64,000 nucleotides of DNA from Thermosulfurimonas dismutans (GCA_011322625.1 DRMH01000020.1:5104-69103); one strand, 5' to 3'. Shown: positions 23,758 to 33,466, numbered from the stretch's first letter. Program-made: numbers and translations. Notes: generated by a model from the letters alone, not told the origin.

Positions 23758-26145
23758 TTAGGCAATCCTTTTGATCCCCCGGGCCAGGACTTCCTCCACC
23801 GGAAGCCCCAGAAGACGGGCCGCCGCCTCTTCCGGCCGGGGAGCCCCCGGGGAGAGCCGCAAACCGAAACGAAGGCCATGGTCCCCGTTCTCCACCCTTA
23901 CCCAAGGGGAAAGTTCCGGGGGAGGCTCTTTTATGCGCTCGTCTTCCTTGAGCGCAACCTCAAAAAGGGCCTCCTCATCCTCCGCCCTCTGCGGAGAAGG
24001 AACCCTCCGGACCTCCCTCAACCGGAGCCCTTCAGGAAGTTCTTTTTCAAGGAGCATTCGGATTCTTTCCTCCGGCCATTCCTCGGCAAGGCCCACGAAA
24101 AAGACCTCGACCTCGGAGGCCACGCCCACCGGAAGGGCCCTTCCGAAGGAAAGACGCGACCGGGGGCTGAAGCCGCGGCTGAAGGAAAGGGGGAGGCCGG
24201 CCCGGCGCAGGGCCCGCTCAAGCACCCTCTGAAGCTCGCGCTGCGAGAGAAAGCGCATGAGGCCCTCCCGGGCATAAACCACCCGATACCAGTAAACCGC
24301 ATCCGACTGCGGAAACTCCGGAAGGGGGCTTCGGTCCTCCGGTGCGGCATGAAGCACATTCCGGATCCCGCCCTTACAGACCCCGCACTTTAAGCACTTC
24401 GTAAACCGACAATCCGGAGAGATCCTTTCGGAAAGAGCCCGGTTTCTTTCCTCAAGCAGGAACTCGCGGCTTAAGCCACAGTCAAGATGCTCCCAGGGAA
24501 GGACCTCCTCCGGGGGCCTTTCCCGGAGGTAGGCGGAAAGGTCAAGGCCTAAGGCGCGGGCCGCGTTTTGCCAGCGGGAAAGCCGGAATTCCTCGCTCCA
24601 GCCGTCAAGCCTGGCCCCCTCGCGGAAGGCCCTAAGGATTAAGGCCGAAAGCCTGCGGTCTCCCCGGGAAAGCACCCCCTCAAGGAAACTCTGCTCCGGA
24701 AGGTGCCACTTAAGGCTTAAGCCCCGCCCCCGGACGAGCTTCTTGAGAAGGGCGAGCCTTTCTCGGGTTTCGGAAAGGTCGATCTGGCGCTCCCACTGGA
24801 AGGGGGTGTGCGGTTTGGGGACGAAGGTGGAGACCGAGACCGTGACCGCGATCCCCTTTCCGGCCCGACGCACCCTGCGGGAAAGCTCGGCTATGGCCCG
24901 AAGGTCCTCCTCGGTCTCCGTGGGAAGGCCGATCATGAAGTAAAGCTTCACATCGCGCCAGCCGAGCGACCGGGCCAGTTCCGCCCCGCGTAAAAGCTCC
25001 TCCTCGGAGATGTCCTTGTTGATCACCCGGCGCAGGCGCTCGGTCCCGGCCTCAGGGGCAAGGGTTAACCCGGTGCGGCGGCCTCGGGAAAGGACCTCAA
25101 GGATCCCCGGGGTGAGGCTTCCCACCCGAAGCGAGGGAAGGGAGAGGGAGATCCGCTGGCCTCCGAAGCGCCGGTAAAGGGCCCGCACCAAGGCCTCAAG
25201 TCCGGTATAGTCCCCGGCGGAAAGCGAAAGGAGGGAGATTTCCTCATAGCCGGTAGCCGAAAACCCCTCCTCGGCCATCGCAAGTACCCTTTCCACGGTC
25301 CTTTCCCTTACTGGGCGGTAAAGGGAGCTTGCCTGACAGAAACGGCAGCCCCGGGTGCAGCCCCGGGAGATCTCAAGCGAGAGCCGATCGTGGGCCGCAA
25401 ACCAGGGCACCGGAGGCCGAAAGGGATAGGGCACGGCGTCAAGATCGGAAACAATCCTGCGGAAAACCCGCTCATAGCCCGGGAGAAGGGGCTCGATCTC
25501 CGCGAGGCGCCCGGTTTCATCGTAGTGGGGCCGAAAGAAGGAGGGCACATAGACCCCGGGGATGCGGGATAGGGCTTTAAGAAGCTCTGCGCGGCCTCCC
25601 CGCGCCTCCTTCCATTCCCTTACCGTTTCGGCCACCTCCAGAATGGCCTCCTCCCCGTCCCCGAAGACGATGGCGTCGTAAAAATCGGCCACCGGTTCAG
25701 GGTTGGCCATGGCCGAACCGCCCCCGAGGACGAGCGGATCGCCCTCGGTGCGCTCCCGGGAAAGAAGAGGGATCCCCGAAAGCTCAAGTACGGTAAGGAT
25801 ATTGGCGGCGCAGAGTTCGTAGGGGTAGGAGATCCCCACCACATCGAAGTCGCGCAGGGGGCGGCCGTGCTCCAGGGAAAGAAGGGGAAGCCCCCGGGCC
25901 CTGAGCTCGGCCTCAAGATCCCGGGCCGGGGCAAAGGCCCGGTCGGCAAGATACTCCTTGCGGCTATTCAGGATAAGATAAAGGATGAGAAGCCCAATAT
26001 GGGACATCCCGATCTCGTAAAGGTCGGGATAGACCAGGCAGAAGCGCACCCGGGCCTCATCCCAGGGCTTCTTTACCGCGTTGACCTCGCCCTCGAGATA
26101 GCGCCCGGGTTTCCTCACCCGGACCAGGATCTCCGTGGGATACAT
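23758..26145 (-). CDS. radical SAM protein (TIGR03960-like) fused to a DUF2344 (TIGR03936-like) C-terminal domain
   Basis: N-terminus KPGRYLEGEVNAV ... VYPDLYEIGMSHIGL, and SRGCTRGCRFCQAS (CxxxCxxC). The roughly 230-aa C-terminal extension resembles DUF2344. Family names are recalled from memory. Confidence 0.75.
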   Translation of the reverse strand: MYPTEILVRVRKPGRYLEGEVNAVKKPWDEARVRFCLVYPDLYEIGMSHIGLLILYLILNSRKEYLADRAFAPARDLEAELRARGLPLLSLEHGRPLRDFDVVGISYPYELCAANILTVLELSGIPLLSRERTEGDPLVLGGGSAMANPEPVADFYDAIVFGDGEEAILEVAETVREWKEARGGRAELLKALSRIPGVYVPSFFRPHYDETGRLAEIEPLLPGYERVFRRIVSDLDAVPYPFRPPVPWFAAHDRLSLEISRGCTRGCRFCQASSLYRPVRERTVERVLAMAEEGFSATGYEEISLLSLSAGDYTGLEALVRALYRRFGGQRISLSLPSLRVGSLTPGILEVLSRGRRTGLTLAPEAGTERLRRVINKDISEEELLRGAELARSLGWRDVKLYFMIGLPTETEEDLRAIAELSRRVRRAGKGIAVTVSVSTFVPKPHTPFQWERQIDLSETRERLALLKKLVRGRGLSLKWHLPEQSFLEGVLSRGDRRLSALILRAFREGARLDGWSEEFRLSRWQNAARALGLDLSAYLRERPPEEVLPWEHLDCGLSREFLLEERNRALSERISPDCRFTKCLKCGVCKGGIRNVLHAAPEDRSPLPEFPQSDAVYWYRVVYAREGLMRFLSQRELQRVLERALRRAGLPLSFSRGFSPRSRLSFGRALPVGVASEVEVFFVGLAEEWPEERIRMLLEKELPEGLRLREVRRVPSPQRAEDEEALFEVALKEDERIKEPPPELSPWVRVENGDHGLRFGLRLSPGAPRPEEAAARLLGLPVEEVLARGIKRIA

Positions 26146-27088
26146 GGTTTCTTATGGTAAATTCAAAAGGCAAAACTTTAAAGGAGGGACTTTTCTGCGG
26201 GGCTACATCCCTTACAAGCGGATCGTTAAACCCTTACGCCTTCCGCGGCTTTCGGTGGAGATCGGCTTCGGAAACGGGGAATTTCTTGTTTCCCTTGCCC
26301 GAAGACACCCGGAAAGATATTTCCTGGGGATCGAGCTTTCCGGGATCTCGGTGGAAAAGCTTTTAAAACGTCTGAGGGAGGAGGGCTTAAGGAATGTCTT
26401 TTGCGTACGGCTTGACGCCTACTGGGCCTTTTATCTCCTTCTTTCCGATGAGGCCGTGGAGGCCATCTATCTCAACTATCCCGATCCCTGGTTCAAGAAA
26501 CGTCATCACAAACGCCGTCTTACCCGCCCGGAAAATCTTTATCTTTTCGCCCGAAAGCTTAAGACCGGAGGGGAAATCCTCCTTCGCACCGACGACCGTC
26601 CCTTCCTGGAATATACCCTGGAGAGCGCTCGCGAGGTCGCGGCTTTTGAGGTTTCCTGGGAGGTCCTCTCCCCGGAGTCCCCGCTTACCAAGTACGAGGC
26701 CAAGTGGATGTCCCAGGGGAAGACCCTTTATGCCGCAAGGCTCCGCAGGGTGTGCTCCCCGAAGGAGATTCCCCATCCGCAAATAGAGGAGGTTTCCGCG
26801 GTGTTTCCGGTAACGGTAAAGGACCTTTCCCGGCTTTCCGGGCTTTCCGGAAAAACCCTTCGTCCGCGCGAGGATCTGGTGCTAAAGATCTTTCGCATCT
26901 GGGAGCACGGGGAGGACCGGCTGATCGAGGTCCTTCTTTCCGAGGCCGGGTATCTTCAGCGATTCATGATCTTTGCCCGGCGCGTTCCCGGGGGCTGGAG
27001 GCTTGATGTCTCGGGTTTCAGCGAGGTGCTCCGCACCCGCGGACTCAAGGAGGCCCTGGAATTCTTAGGCCGGGAACTTAACCCGTGA
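26144..27088 (+). CDS. trmB: tRNA (guanine46-N7)-methyltransferase, long form
   Basis: VEIGFGNGEF ... GIELS ... NYPDPWFKKRHHKRRL ... GGEILLRTDD. An extra domain of about 100 aa follows at the C-terminus. In-frame GTG 26135 is an alternative start. Confidence 0.85.
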   Translation: MVSYGKFKRQNFKGGTFLRGYIPYKRIVKPLRLPRLSVEIGFGNGEFLVSLARRHPERYFLGIELSGISVEKLLKRLREEGLRNVFCVRLDAYWAFYLLLSDEAVEAIYLNYPDPWFKKRHHKRRLTRPENLYLFARKLKTGGEILLRTDDRPFLEYTLESAREVAAFEVSWEVLSPESPLTKYEAKWMSQGKTLYAARLRRVCSPKEIPHPQIEEVSAVFPVTVKDLSRLSGLSGKTLRPREDLVLKIFRIWEHGEDRLIEVLLSEAGYLQRFMIFARRVPGGWRLDVSGFSEVLRTRGLKEALEFLGRELNP

Positions 27089-27780
27089 GATTTTTCTTTT
27101 TAGGGGTGGACCTCGGCGGGGAGGAGAACACCTGGGCCGTGGCCGTGGAACGCGAGGGGAAGCTCTCCCCCGGGCTCTCCCTCCCGGAGGGGAAACCGGT
27201 TTCGCTTACGGAGATCGTGGAGTTTTCCCGGAAAAACCGGATGCTTGCCGCGGCCCTTGACGCCCCGATTTCCTTTTCTCTTACCGACCGAAAGGGCCTG
27301 CGTGAAGCCGACCGCAGGTTGCGGGAGATCCTGCGGGATGAGGGGGGGGAGCCGGGCTGGGTGGTCTCCTATAATGCGCTCATGGGGATTCCGGTGCGGG
27401 GGCTTCTTCTCGCCGAGGCCTTAGCGCCCGTGGTGGGGACCATTATCGAAACCCACCCCCGGGCCGCCCTTTATCTCGCCCTTCCGCGGGAAAAGAAATC
27501 CCTGGTAAAGGCCTATAAGGGCCGGGGCCCGGAGGCTGAGGCGGCCTTAAGGGAACTGTGGACGACCCTTTTTGCGAAGGAAAATCCCCGTCGCTTATCT
27601 CACGGGCTTCTTGATGCTTTGGTTTGCGCCCTCACCGCCCGGGCCTATCACTTAGACCCGGAAAGCCTCCTTTTCCTCCCCTCCTCCGGCTCCCGCGGCT
27701 TCGGCCCTTTTGTGATCCTTAAAAAACGCCTCCCGAACCCACCTCCACCCCCTGAACCACCTTTTACTAAACGGAAATAG
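27085..27780 (+). CDS. DUF429-like protein (predicted RNase H-fold)
   Basis: FLGVDLGG..., DAPISF, ETHPRAA and LDALVCALTA are spaced as in DUF429. GTGA overlap with trmB. Pro-rich tail. Confidence 0.5.
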   Translation: MRFFFLGVDLGGEENTWAVAVEREGKLSPGLSLPEGKPVSLTEIVEFSRKNRMLAAALDAPISFSLTDRKGLREADRRLREILRDEGGEPGWVVSYNALMGIPVRGLLLAEALAPVVGTIIETHPRAALYLALPREKKSLVKAYKGRGPEAEAALRELWTTLFAKENPRRLSHGLLDALVCALTARAYHLDPESLLFLPSSGSRGFGPFVILKKRLPNPPPPPEPPFTKRK

Positions 27781-27857
27781 AAACCCCTCCTCTCTCCGAA
27801 AGGGGATGGAGGAAGGACTTGCTTTTTAAAGGGTTTCCATGGGAGTAAAATCAAAAT

Positions 27858-29417
27858 ATGCTTCGAAAATTTCCCATCGGCATTCAGAGTTTTGAGGTCA
27901 TTCGCTCGGAGAATTATTACTACGTGGATAAAACCCCCTTCGTCAAAAAGCTTGTGGACGAAGGGAAATTCTACTTCCTCGCCCGCCCGAGACGCTTCGG
28001 AAAGTCCCTTTTCCTTGACACCTTGCGGCAGGCTTTTCTGGGACGCCGGAAGCTTTTCGAGGGACTTTATCTTGAGGATCACTGGGACTGGTCCGTGCAA
28101 TATCCCGTCATCCATATCTCTTTCGGGGCGGGAGTGATCAAATCCGTAGAAGAATTAATCGAGACCATCGAATCTTTTTTTCGCAAACATTGCCGAAACG
28201 AAAATCTTTCTCTCGCCGAAAAGCTTCCCAACAAACGCTTCGAAGAGCTCATCCTTAAGCTAAACCAAAAATACGAACGCCCGGTGGTGGTCCTTATAGA
28301 CGAATACGATAAACCCATCCTCGATAACATTGAAAACCGGGAGCTGGCCATCGAAATTCGTGAAAATCTCAAGAATTTTTACTCCGTCCTGAAAGATGCC
28401 GACCCCTACCTCAAACTGGTCTTCATCACCGGGGTCTCCAAGTTCTCGAAGGTTTCTCTCTTCTCGGGGCTAAACAACCTTGAGGATCTTACCTTAAATC
28501 CCGAATACGCCACCATTTGCGGCTACACCGAAGAAGAGCTCACCACGGTCTTTTCCGAGCGCCTCAAAGACTTCGACCTTGAGGAGATCCGCCGCTGGTA
28601 TAACGGCTATAACTTCCTCGGGGCCCCGGTCTATAACCCCTTCGACATCCTCCTCTGCCTCAAATCCGGCCTCTTTCGCCCCTACTGGTTTGAAACCGGT
28701 ACCCCCTCCTTTCTCATCAAACTCCTCGTGGAAAATCGCTTCTTCGTCCCCGACCTCGAACACCTCCAGGCCGGAGACGAAATCCTCGAAAGCTTCGACG
28801 TGGACTCCATCGCCCCGGAAACCCTTCTTTTCCAGACCGGCTACCTCACCATCGAATCCGTGGAAAGGGCTTCCGGTTTGACCATCTACACCCTCCGCTA
28901 TCCCAACCTCGAAGTAAAAACCGCCTTCACCCGCCACCTTCTCGACTACCTCGTCCAAAATCGCCGCGAACGGGAAAAAAACCTCATCCGCCTCTACCGC
29001 ATCTTCCAGAAAAACGACCTTGAGGCCCTGCGGGACCTCTTCCGCTCCTTCTTCGCCTCCATCCCGCACGACTGGTACCGCAAAAGCGAAATCCAGAACT
29101 ACGAGGGCTACTACGCCTCTATCTTCTACGCCTACTTCTCGGCCTTGGGTCTTGAGGTAAGGGTAGAGGAACCCACAAGCTACGGGCGCCTGGATATGGC
29201 CGTCGTCTTCGAGGATCGGTGTTACCTTTTCGAGTTTAAGGTGGTGGAGCTTGAACCCGAGGGCCGGGCCCTTGCAACCCTTAAGGCCCGCCGCTACCAC
29301 GAGAAATACCTTGACCGTTTCCGGGAAATCTACCTCCTCGGTGTGGAATTCAGCCGCACCGACCGCAACATTGTAAGTGTGGAATGGGAAAGAGTATCTT
29401 CCTCTGTGAACCCTTGA
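27858..29417 (+). CDS. AAA-ATPase-like (PF09820-type) protein with C-terminal PD-(D/E)XK nuclease-like domain
   Basis: KFPIGIQSFEVIRSENYYYVDKTPFVKKL ... YFLARPRRFGKSLFLDTL is the hallmark N-terminus of this family. The C-terminal segment GRLDMAV ... YLFEFKV fits a PD-(D/E)XK core. The 5' half has lower GC. Confidence 0.8.
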   Translation: MLRKFPIGIQSFEVIRSENYYYVDKTPFVKKLVDEGKFYFLARPRRFGKSLFLDTLRQAFLGRRKLFEGLYLEDHWDWSVQYPVIHISFGAGVIKSVEELIETIESFFRKHCRNENLSLAEKLPNKRFEELILKLNQKYERPVVVLIDEYDKPILDNIENRELAIEIRENLKNFYSVLKDADPYLKLVFITGVSKFSKVSLFSGLNNLEDLTLNPEYATICGYTEEELTTVFSERLKDFDLEEIRRWYNGYNFLGAPVYNPFDILLCLKSGLFRPYWFETGTPSFLIKLLVENRFFVPDLEHLQAGDEILESFDVDSIAPETLLFQTGYLTIESVERASGLTIYTLRYPNLEVKTAFTRHLLDYLVQNRREREKNLIRLYRIFQKNDLEALRDLFRSFFASIPHDWYRKSEIQNYEGYYASIFYAYFSALGLEVRVEEPTSYGRLDMAVVFEDRCYLFEFKVVELEPEGRALATLKARRYHEKYLDRFREIYLLGVEFSRTDRNIVSVEWERVSSSVNP

Positions 29418-29448
29418 GTGGTGGGCCCTTGGTAACTTTTTAAGACCG

Positions 29449-29760
29449 AAGACCGCCGGACTTTATGCGGAAAACATGGTGGCTCTCGCGCTCATGAGAA
29501 ACCTGAGACCCGAGGAACGCCTCCGCTTCTGGCGAAAGAAAAGCGGCCCCGAGGTGGACTTTGTGCTCCTTACCTCCGGGGAATACCTCCCCCTGGAGGT
29601 TAAATTCCGCGGCCACTCCGAAAGGCTCTCCGGCCTTAAGTCGTTCATCAAACGGTATCATCCTTCTCAAGCGGTAGTGATCTCCCGCGACCGGTGGGAG
29701 GAAAAGACCCTCCACGGCACCCGGGTATATTTTTTACCGCTGGTCCTGTTTGAGGGATAA
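29449..29760 (+). pseudogene. 3' remnant of a DUF4143/COG1373-type ATPase gene
   Basis: Only the C-terminal ~100 aa are present (GLYAENMVALALMR ... FWRKKSGPEVDFVLL ... LPLEVKF). There is no upstream ATPase domain, and the AAA-ATPase-like gene ends 30 nt upstream. Confidence 0.6.
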
Positions 29761-29768
29761 AATTCTCC

Positions 29769-30293
29769 CTACCCTGAAAGGCTACTCAGAATCCTCACCC
29801 CCAGGGCGGTGGCCAGGGGAAGGGTGAGGTTATCGTCGGGGAAAGGAAGGGCCTCAAGGAGGGTGAGAAGTCCCGCCAGAAGAAGGGTCTTTTCCCCGAA
29901 GGGAAGGCCGAAGGAAAGGAGCACACCTAGGGAAAGAGCGAAAAAGGCCAGATGATGGAGAGGGCCCCGGCCGAAAAGCCCTGAAATTCCATCGCCTAGG
30001 GCCAGCACCCAGAGGCCGCAGAGGGCCTCCCTCAACGGAAAGAGGAGAAAGGAAAGCCCCACCCCCCAGAGATAATAGAAGGTCCCGGTGGGACGCCGAA
30101 GCTCACCCTCCCTTAAGAGGGCGGAAAGCCTTCCCGGAAGCCTGAGACGCCCCCTAAGTCTTAAGGCCTCAAAAAGGGTGATCGCCAAAAGAAGCGCAAG
30201 GAAGAAAGGCCGCCGGTAGTCGGCAAGGACAAGGGCTATCGGGTGGAAAATGAGGCCTGAGAGGTGAAAGAGCTTGCGCGGAAGTTCCCTCAA
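29769..30293 (-). CDS. small polytopic membrane protein, polyprenol (dolichol/phytol) kinase-like
   Basis: RKLFHLSG N-terminus and a LALGDGISGLFGRG motif, as in the CTP-dependent kinase / CTP_transf_1-like family. About 5-6 TM helices. Confidence 0.45.
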   Translation of the reverse strand: MRELPRKLFHLSGLIFHPIALVLADYRRPFFLALLLAITLFEALRLRGRLRLPGRLSALLREGELRRPTGTFYYLWGVGLSFLLFPLREALCGLWVLALGDGISGLFGRGPLHHLAFFALSLGVLLSFGLPFGEKTLLLAGLLTLLEALPFPDDNLTLPLATALGVRILSSLSG

Positions 30294-30841
30294 GGGCCCT
30301 CGGAAAAGATCCGGGTGAAGTCCATCTCCGCCGGACAGGTAAGATCACCGAAACGCGCGCTTCCCTGAAAGAAGTCCCCTTCCTTCACATAGCGGCCTTC
30401 CGAAAGACGCCACACCTTGGCCAGCCTCTTTTCCGGATAGACGAGAACATAGTAGCGCACCCCCTCCCGGGCGCAGATCTCAAACTTCACCGTCTCATCC
30501 AGCTTTCTCGTGTGCGGGGAGACCACCTCAATCACCATCTCCGGGGTGCGGAGGAGGCGTTTCTGGTCCAGGTCCTCCTCGCAGACCACCACAAGATCCG
30601 GAACCAGCACCGTGTCCTCCGCCACCTCCCAGGCCACCCCCGGAAGGGCAAGACACCGGGCCTTCTCGCAGGCCTCGAACTGATCCATAAGCTCCCGGGT
30701 TAAGCGATAGACGAGCCACTGGTGGCGCAGGGCCGGGGCCACCATGGCCACCGGTTGCCCGTAGATAAGCTCCCAGTCGCCCTCCCAGGTCTCCCAGTCG
30801 GAGACGGTGTACCTTACCGGTACTCTGGCGGCTTCACCCAT
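30290..30841 (-). CDS. Uma2-family (DUF820) putative endonuclease
   Basis: WELIYGQPV...MVAPALRHQ ... PDLVVV ... PEMVIEVVSP ... KFEICAREGVRYYVLV. ATG 30841 has SD GGAGTGAGG and lies 4 nt after the guaA stop. Confidence 0.8.
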   Translation of the reverse strand: MGEAARVPVRYTVSDWETWEGDWELIYGQPVAMVAPALRHQWLVYRLTRELMDQFEACEKARCLALPGVAWEVAEDTVLVPDLVVVCEEDLDQKRLLRTPEMVIEVVSPHTRKLDETVKFEICAREGVRYYVLVYPEKRLAKVWRLSEGRYVKEGDFFQGSARFGDLTCPAEMDFTRIFSEGP

Positions 30842-30845
30842 GACC

Positions 30846-32393
30846 TCACTCCCATTCGATGGTCGCCGGGGGCTTGGAGGATATGTCATAGACCACCCGG
30901 TTTACCCCCTGGACCTCGTTTATAATACGGTTTGAGAGCCGGGCGAGAAGCTCATAGGGAAGGCGCACCCAGTCCGCGGTCATGGCGTCCTGGCTTTCCA
31001 CGCAGCGGATGGCCACCACGTGCTCGTAGGTCCGGTAATCTCCCATAACCCCCACGGTCTTTACCGGGACCAGCACGGCGAAACTCTGCCACACCCGGTA
31101 GTACCAGCCGCTCTCAAGCATCTCCTCGGTGACGATGGCGTCGGCCTCGCGCAGGATCCGGAGCCTTTCCTCGGTGACCTCACCCAGGATGCGAATGGCC
31201 AGCCCCGGACCGGGAAAGGGCTGCCGCCAGACCACCTTTTTGGGAAGCCCCAGCTCCCGGGCGATCTCACGCACCTCGTCCTTGAAAAGCTCTCGCAGGG
31301 GCTCGATGAGTTTGAGCTGCATCCTCTCCGGAAGCCCGCCCACGTTGTGATGGGTCTTGATGGTGGCCGAAGGGCCGCGAAAAGAGACGCTTTCGATCAC
31401 ATCCGGATAAAGGGTTCCCTGGGCAAGCCACTTAACCCCGCCTATCCTCCGGGCCTCCTCCTCAAAGACCTCGATAAAGGTGTGCCCGATAATACGGCGT
31501 TTCTCCTCCGGGTCCGTCACTCCCCGGAGTCTTTTAAGGAACCTCTGCGAGGCATCCACATAGCGCACCGAAAGCCCCAGCGATTCCATGAGGGAGAGCA
31601 CCTCCTCGGGCTCCCCCTTGCGCAGAAGGCCGTTATTCACAAAGATGGGGACCAGCCGATCCCCTATGGCCCGGTGCACCAGAAGGGCAGTCACCGTGGA
31701 ATCTATCCCTCCGGAAAGGGCACAGACCACCCTTTCCTCCGGGGCCACGGTCTTTCGGATCTCCCGCACCGTGGCCTCGATGAAGGACTCCATGGTCCAG
31801 GTGGGCTGGCAGCCGCAGATGCCAAAGACGAAGTTCGCAAGAACTTTGCGGCCGATCTCGGTGTGAGCCACCTCCGGGTGAAATTGAACTCCGAAAAGGG
31901 GTTTTTCTTTATGCCGCATGGCCGCATAAGGGGAGTTTTCGCTTTCGGCAAGAGAGACAAAGTCCGGCGGGAGGACCTCGATGCGGTCGCCGTGGCTCAT
32001 CCAGACCCGGTAGCTCCGGGAGGGATCAAGGCCGGTGAAAAGGTCCTCTACCGAAAGCACCCGGAGTTCCGCCGGCCCGTATTCGCGTTTGAACGACCTT
32101 TCCACCCGTCCGCCGAGGAGATGGGCCATGAGCTGCATCCCGTAACAGATCCCGAGCACCGGAACCCCGAGATCGAAAAGCTCCGCCGGAATGGAGGGAG
32201 CTTCGGGATCATAGACGCTGGCCGGCCCGCCGGAAAGGATGATCCCTTTCGGATGAAAAGCCCGTATCTCCTCCAGAGAAACCGTACAGGGCCTAATCTC
32301 GCTATAGACCTTGAGTTCCCTTATTCTGCGTGCGATGAGCTGCGTGGTCTGCGAGCCGAAATCAAGGACCAGGATGGCCTCTTCAGGACGCAT
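30846..32393 (-). CDS. guaA: GMP synthase (glutamine-hydrolysing)
   Basis: GATase domain (GICYGMQ, FHPE), ATP-PPase SGGIDS, and the C-terminal ..KPPATIEWE. Confidence 0.95.
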   Translation of the reverse strand: MRPEEAILVLDFGSQTTQLIARRIRELKVYSEIRPCTVSLEEIRAFHPKGIILSGGPASVYDPEAPSIPAELFDLGVPVLGICYGMQLMAHLLGGRVERSFKREYGPAELRVLSVEDLFTGLDPSRSYRVWMSHGDRIEVLPPDFVSLAESENSPYAAMRHKEKPLFGVQFHPEVAHTEIGRKVLANFVFGICGCQPTWTMESFIEATVREIRKTVAPEERVVCALSGGIDSTVTALLVHRAIGDRLVPIFVNNGLLRKGEPEEVLSLMESLGLSVRYVDASQRFLKRLRGVTDPEEKRRIIGHTFIEVFEEEARRIGGVKWLAQGTLYPDVIESVSFRGPSATIKTHHNVGGLPERMQLKLIEPLRELFKDEVREIARELGLPKKVVWRQPFPGPGLAIRILGEVTEERLRILREADAIVTEEMLESGWYYRVWQSFAVLVPVKTVGVMGDYRTYEHVVAIRCVESQDAMTADWVRLPYELLARLSNRIINEVQGVNRVVYDISSKPPATIEWE

Positions 32394-32880
32394 GTCTTCT
32401 TTCCTCCCTGCGCATCTTCCGTAACATGATGGTGGCCCCCACCAGGGCCAGGATCAGGGCTCCCACCAGGGCCATTTCCAGCATGTAAAGCTTTACCCGC
32501 TCCGGGGTCACCTCCCCGTGAGAAATCTCGAAGGCCAGGATGAGAAGCCTTCGCACCAGGGCGATGATGGCCACCATGATGAAGGGTTCCACGCACTGGA
32601 GATGATATTCCTCCCCGAAGACGATCTGCACGGTGTAAAGGATCTCCAGGAACATGAGGGCGATGAGGAAACGGTCGATGACCTTCAGGACCCCCAGGGC
32701 GAAGTCCTTGTAGGCAAAGGCCCGAAGGAGGGCGTGAAACCCGTCGTAAATCACCTCCAGGGTGGCCAGAATGATCCCGATGGCCACCAGGATGTAGAGG
32801 ATGCGCTCTATGCGCAAAAAATTCTCCTGGAACCAGATGTCTAGACCGGAACGGCGGGGAGGCTTTTTCCTGGGGCTCAT
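32383..32880 (-). CDS. PsiE-like (phosphate-starvation-inducible E family) membrane protein
   Basis: 165 aa with four TM helices. The pattern [15 protein letters not shown] ... [10 protein letters not shown] ... [14 protein letters not shown] resembles PsiE. Confidence 0.5.
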   Translation of the reverse strand: MSPRKKPPRRSGLDIWFQENFLRIERILYILVAIGIILATLEVIYDGFHALLRAFAYKDFALGVLKVIDRFLIALMFLEILYTVQIVFGEEYHLQCVEPFIMVAIIALVRRLLILAFEISHGEVTPERVKLYMLEMALVGALILALVGATIMLRKMRREERRHAS

Positions 32881-33464
32881 CTTGCACCTTTCCTTTCATT
32901 TTGAAGGAGGTCCCTCCGGTTGTAAAGGGACATGGCCTTAGAAAGCCCCTCGCCGAGGATGGTCCGCATGGCCGCAACCGAAAGCTCGAGCACCCTCTCC
33001 ACCAGCGGCTCCTCCTCGGGACTAAAGGGGGAGAGCACATAGTCCGGAACAGGGATTCCGGAAGGCGGGCGTCCGATCCCGAGTTTAAGCCGCGGGATCT
33101 CCTCGGTCCCGAGCATGGCGAGCACCGAGGCCACCCCGCGGTGCCCCCCGCTTCCCCCGCGGGGGAGGATCTTCATCCGCCCCAGGGGAAGATCAAGGTC
33201 GTCGTGGACGAGAAGGACCCTTTCCGCCGGAATCTCGTAACGCTTCACCGCCCGGGCCACCGCCTTTCCGGAAAGGTTCATATAGGTGAGGGGAAGGAGC
33301 AAAACGGCCTCCTCCCCTTCGGCGATAAGGGCCTCCAAGGAAGAATTCTCCCGGAAGGTAAGTTTCAGCTTCTCGGCCAGCAGCGCAACCGCTCGCCAGC
33401 CGAAGTTATGCCGGGTAAAGAGGTATTCGGGGCCGGGGTTTCCCAGCCCCGCGAAAAGCCACAT
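32877..33464 (-). CDS. pth: peptidyl-tRNA hydrolase
   Basis: GLGNPGPEY..TRHN.G ... YMNLSG ... VHDDLDLPLG ... GGHRG. Confidence 0.93.
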   Translation of the reverse strand: MWLFAGLGNPGPEYLFTRHNFGWRAVALLAEKLKLTFRENSSLEALIAEGEEAVLLLPLTYMNLSGKAVARAVKRYEIPAERVLLVHDDLDLPLGRMKILPRGGSGGHRGVASVLAMLGTEEIPRLKLGIGRPPSGIPVPDYVLSPFSPEEEPLVERVLELSVAAMRTILGEGLSKAMSLYNRRDLLQNERKGAR

Positions 33465-33466
33465 CT

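Noticed and set aside
26826-26850. Short tandem duplication GGCTTTCCG-GGCTTTCCG inside trmB.
   Set aside because: It has only two 9-nt copies, is in frame (LSGLSG), and shows no array structure. It is not CRISPR-like or a VNTR of note.
27781-27857. CCCCT...AGGGG hairpin followed by CTTTTT after the DUF429-like gene, considered as a terminator.
   Set aside because: A 5-bp stem with a 12-nt loop and an interrupted T-run is too weak to call.
31020-32429. 469-aa ORF antisense to guaA.
   Set aside because: Shadow frame opposite a highly conserved gene.
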